Of a DNA stretch of 26,823 bases, positions 26,446-26,823 are shown in pieces; position 1 is the first letter of the stretch; each line of letters starts with the position of its first letter. The position numbers and the translations under genes are program-made. Origin of the DNA: Bifidobacterium breve (GTDB lineage: Bacteria; Actinomycetota; Acidimicrobiia; Acidimicrobiales; Ilumatobacteraceae); assembly GCA_943325425.2 (NCBI GenBank), contig CALPPJ020000001.1, positions 1 through 26,823 of the forward strand. The letters are read 5' to 3'. The notes under the pieces are model-generated. The model saw nothing but the letters and a program-made list of their open reading frames with translations. It was not told the origin of the DNA and did not search any database.

Positions 26446-26823
26446 CAGTTGACCATGTTGCTGACCGATGGCGCCATTGGCCAAATTACCAAGCCCTTCC
26501 CGGTTGGAAAAATTGGCTCGCAGTCCTACCCCGCAGGCGCCCCGTCGGTGAAAGAGGTGTGGGAGCGCGAGACGGGTATTGAAATTGACATCGTCGGCGC
26601 CACGGCCGACGACATTTTCAAGAAAGTGATGCAAGACGTCACCACCGGCTCTGGTCAGTTTGACATCTACACCGGCCCCTGGAATTCCACGGGCGACCTG
26701 GTGGCCGCAGGCGGCGCCGTCAATTGCGATGCCTTTGTCAAAGCCTACCAGCCCGATTGGGGCGATCCGCAGCGCGGCACGCCCACGCCTGAGATGGAAA
26801 AGCTGCTCTATACCTACAACGGC
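26446..26823 (+). CDS. Internal fragment of an ABC transporter extracellular solute-binding protein (carbohydrate-type); no signal peptide, runs off the window end
   Basis: Frame open from at least 26446 to the end: QLTMLLTDGAIGQITKPF...VKEVWERETGIEIDIVGATADDIFKKVMQDVTTGSGQFDIYTGPWNSTGDLVAAG. The W..ETGI.I and G.G.FDI patterns resemble family-1 SBPs. About three quarters of codons end in G/C. Absent from the ORF track. Confidence 0.72.

Noticed and set aside
26446-26634. First 63 codons of the 497-aa trpE ORF call
   Set aside because: Not TrpE-like. It is a chance open antisense frame of the solute-binding-protein fragment.
1-26823. CRISPR arrays, tRNA/rRNA genes, transposases, integrases, defence systems
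   Set aside because: No regularly spaced repeats, cloverleaf-like segments or matching protein motifs; almost all sequence is accounted for by housekeeping CDSs.

Overview
A core-chromosome segment of an actinobacterium. The Acidimicrobiia/Ilumatobacteraceae-like assignment is inferred from gene order, GAAC-N4-GTTC SOS boxes and moderate GC. Left to right: 3' part of a CYP124-like P450; a patatin gene bracketed by two inverted copies of a ~55-bp palindromic element; nrdJ (class II RNR) behind a ~530-bp regulatory region with NrdR boxes and a same-strand array of DnaA-box-like 9-mers; a molybdopterin oxidoreductase between nrdR and nrdJ; nrdR; a LysM/TM ChiZ/YneA-like gene divergent from lexA, with four SOS boxes; a long minus-strand run (ppdK, AIM24/TIGR00266, terC, dnaG, RpoD-like sigma, miaB, miaA, dapF, hflX, dapC, membrane protein); an M50 protease; ygfZ; and a trpE whose 5' end is replaced near 26,446 by an unrelated, oppositely oriented ABC solute-binding-protein fragment (probably a chimeric join). 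I saw no tRNA, rRNA, CRISPR array or transposase. The best leads are the inverted-repeat-bounded patatin cassette, the DnaA/NrdR region upstream of nrdJ, the diverged dnaG-linked sigma factor and a DapF with a natural Cys-to-Ser change at a catalytic residue. All family calls come from motifs recognised by eye; no database searches were run.
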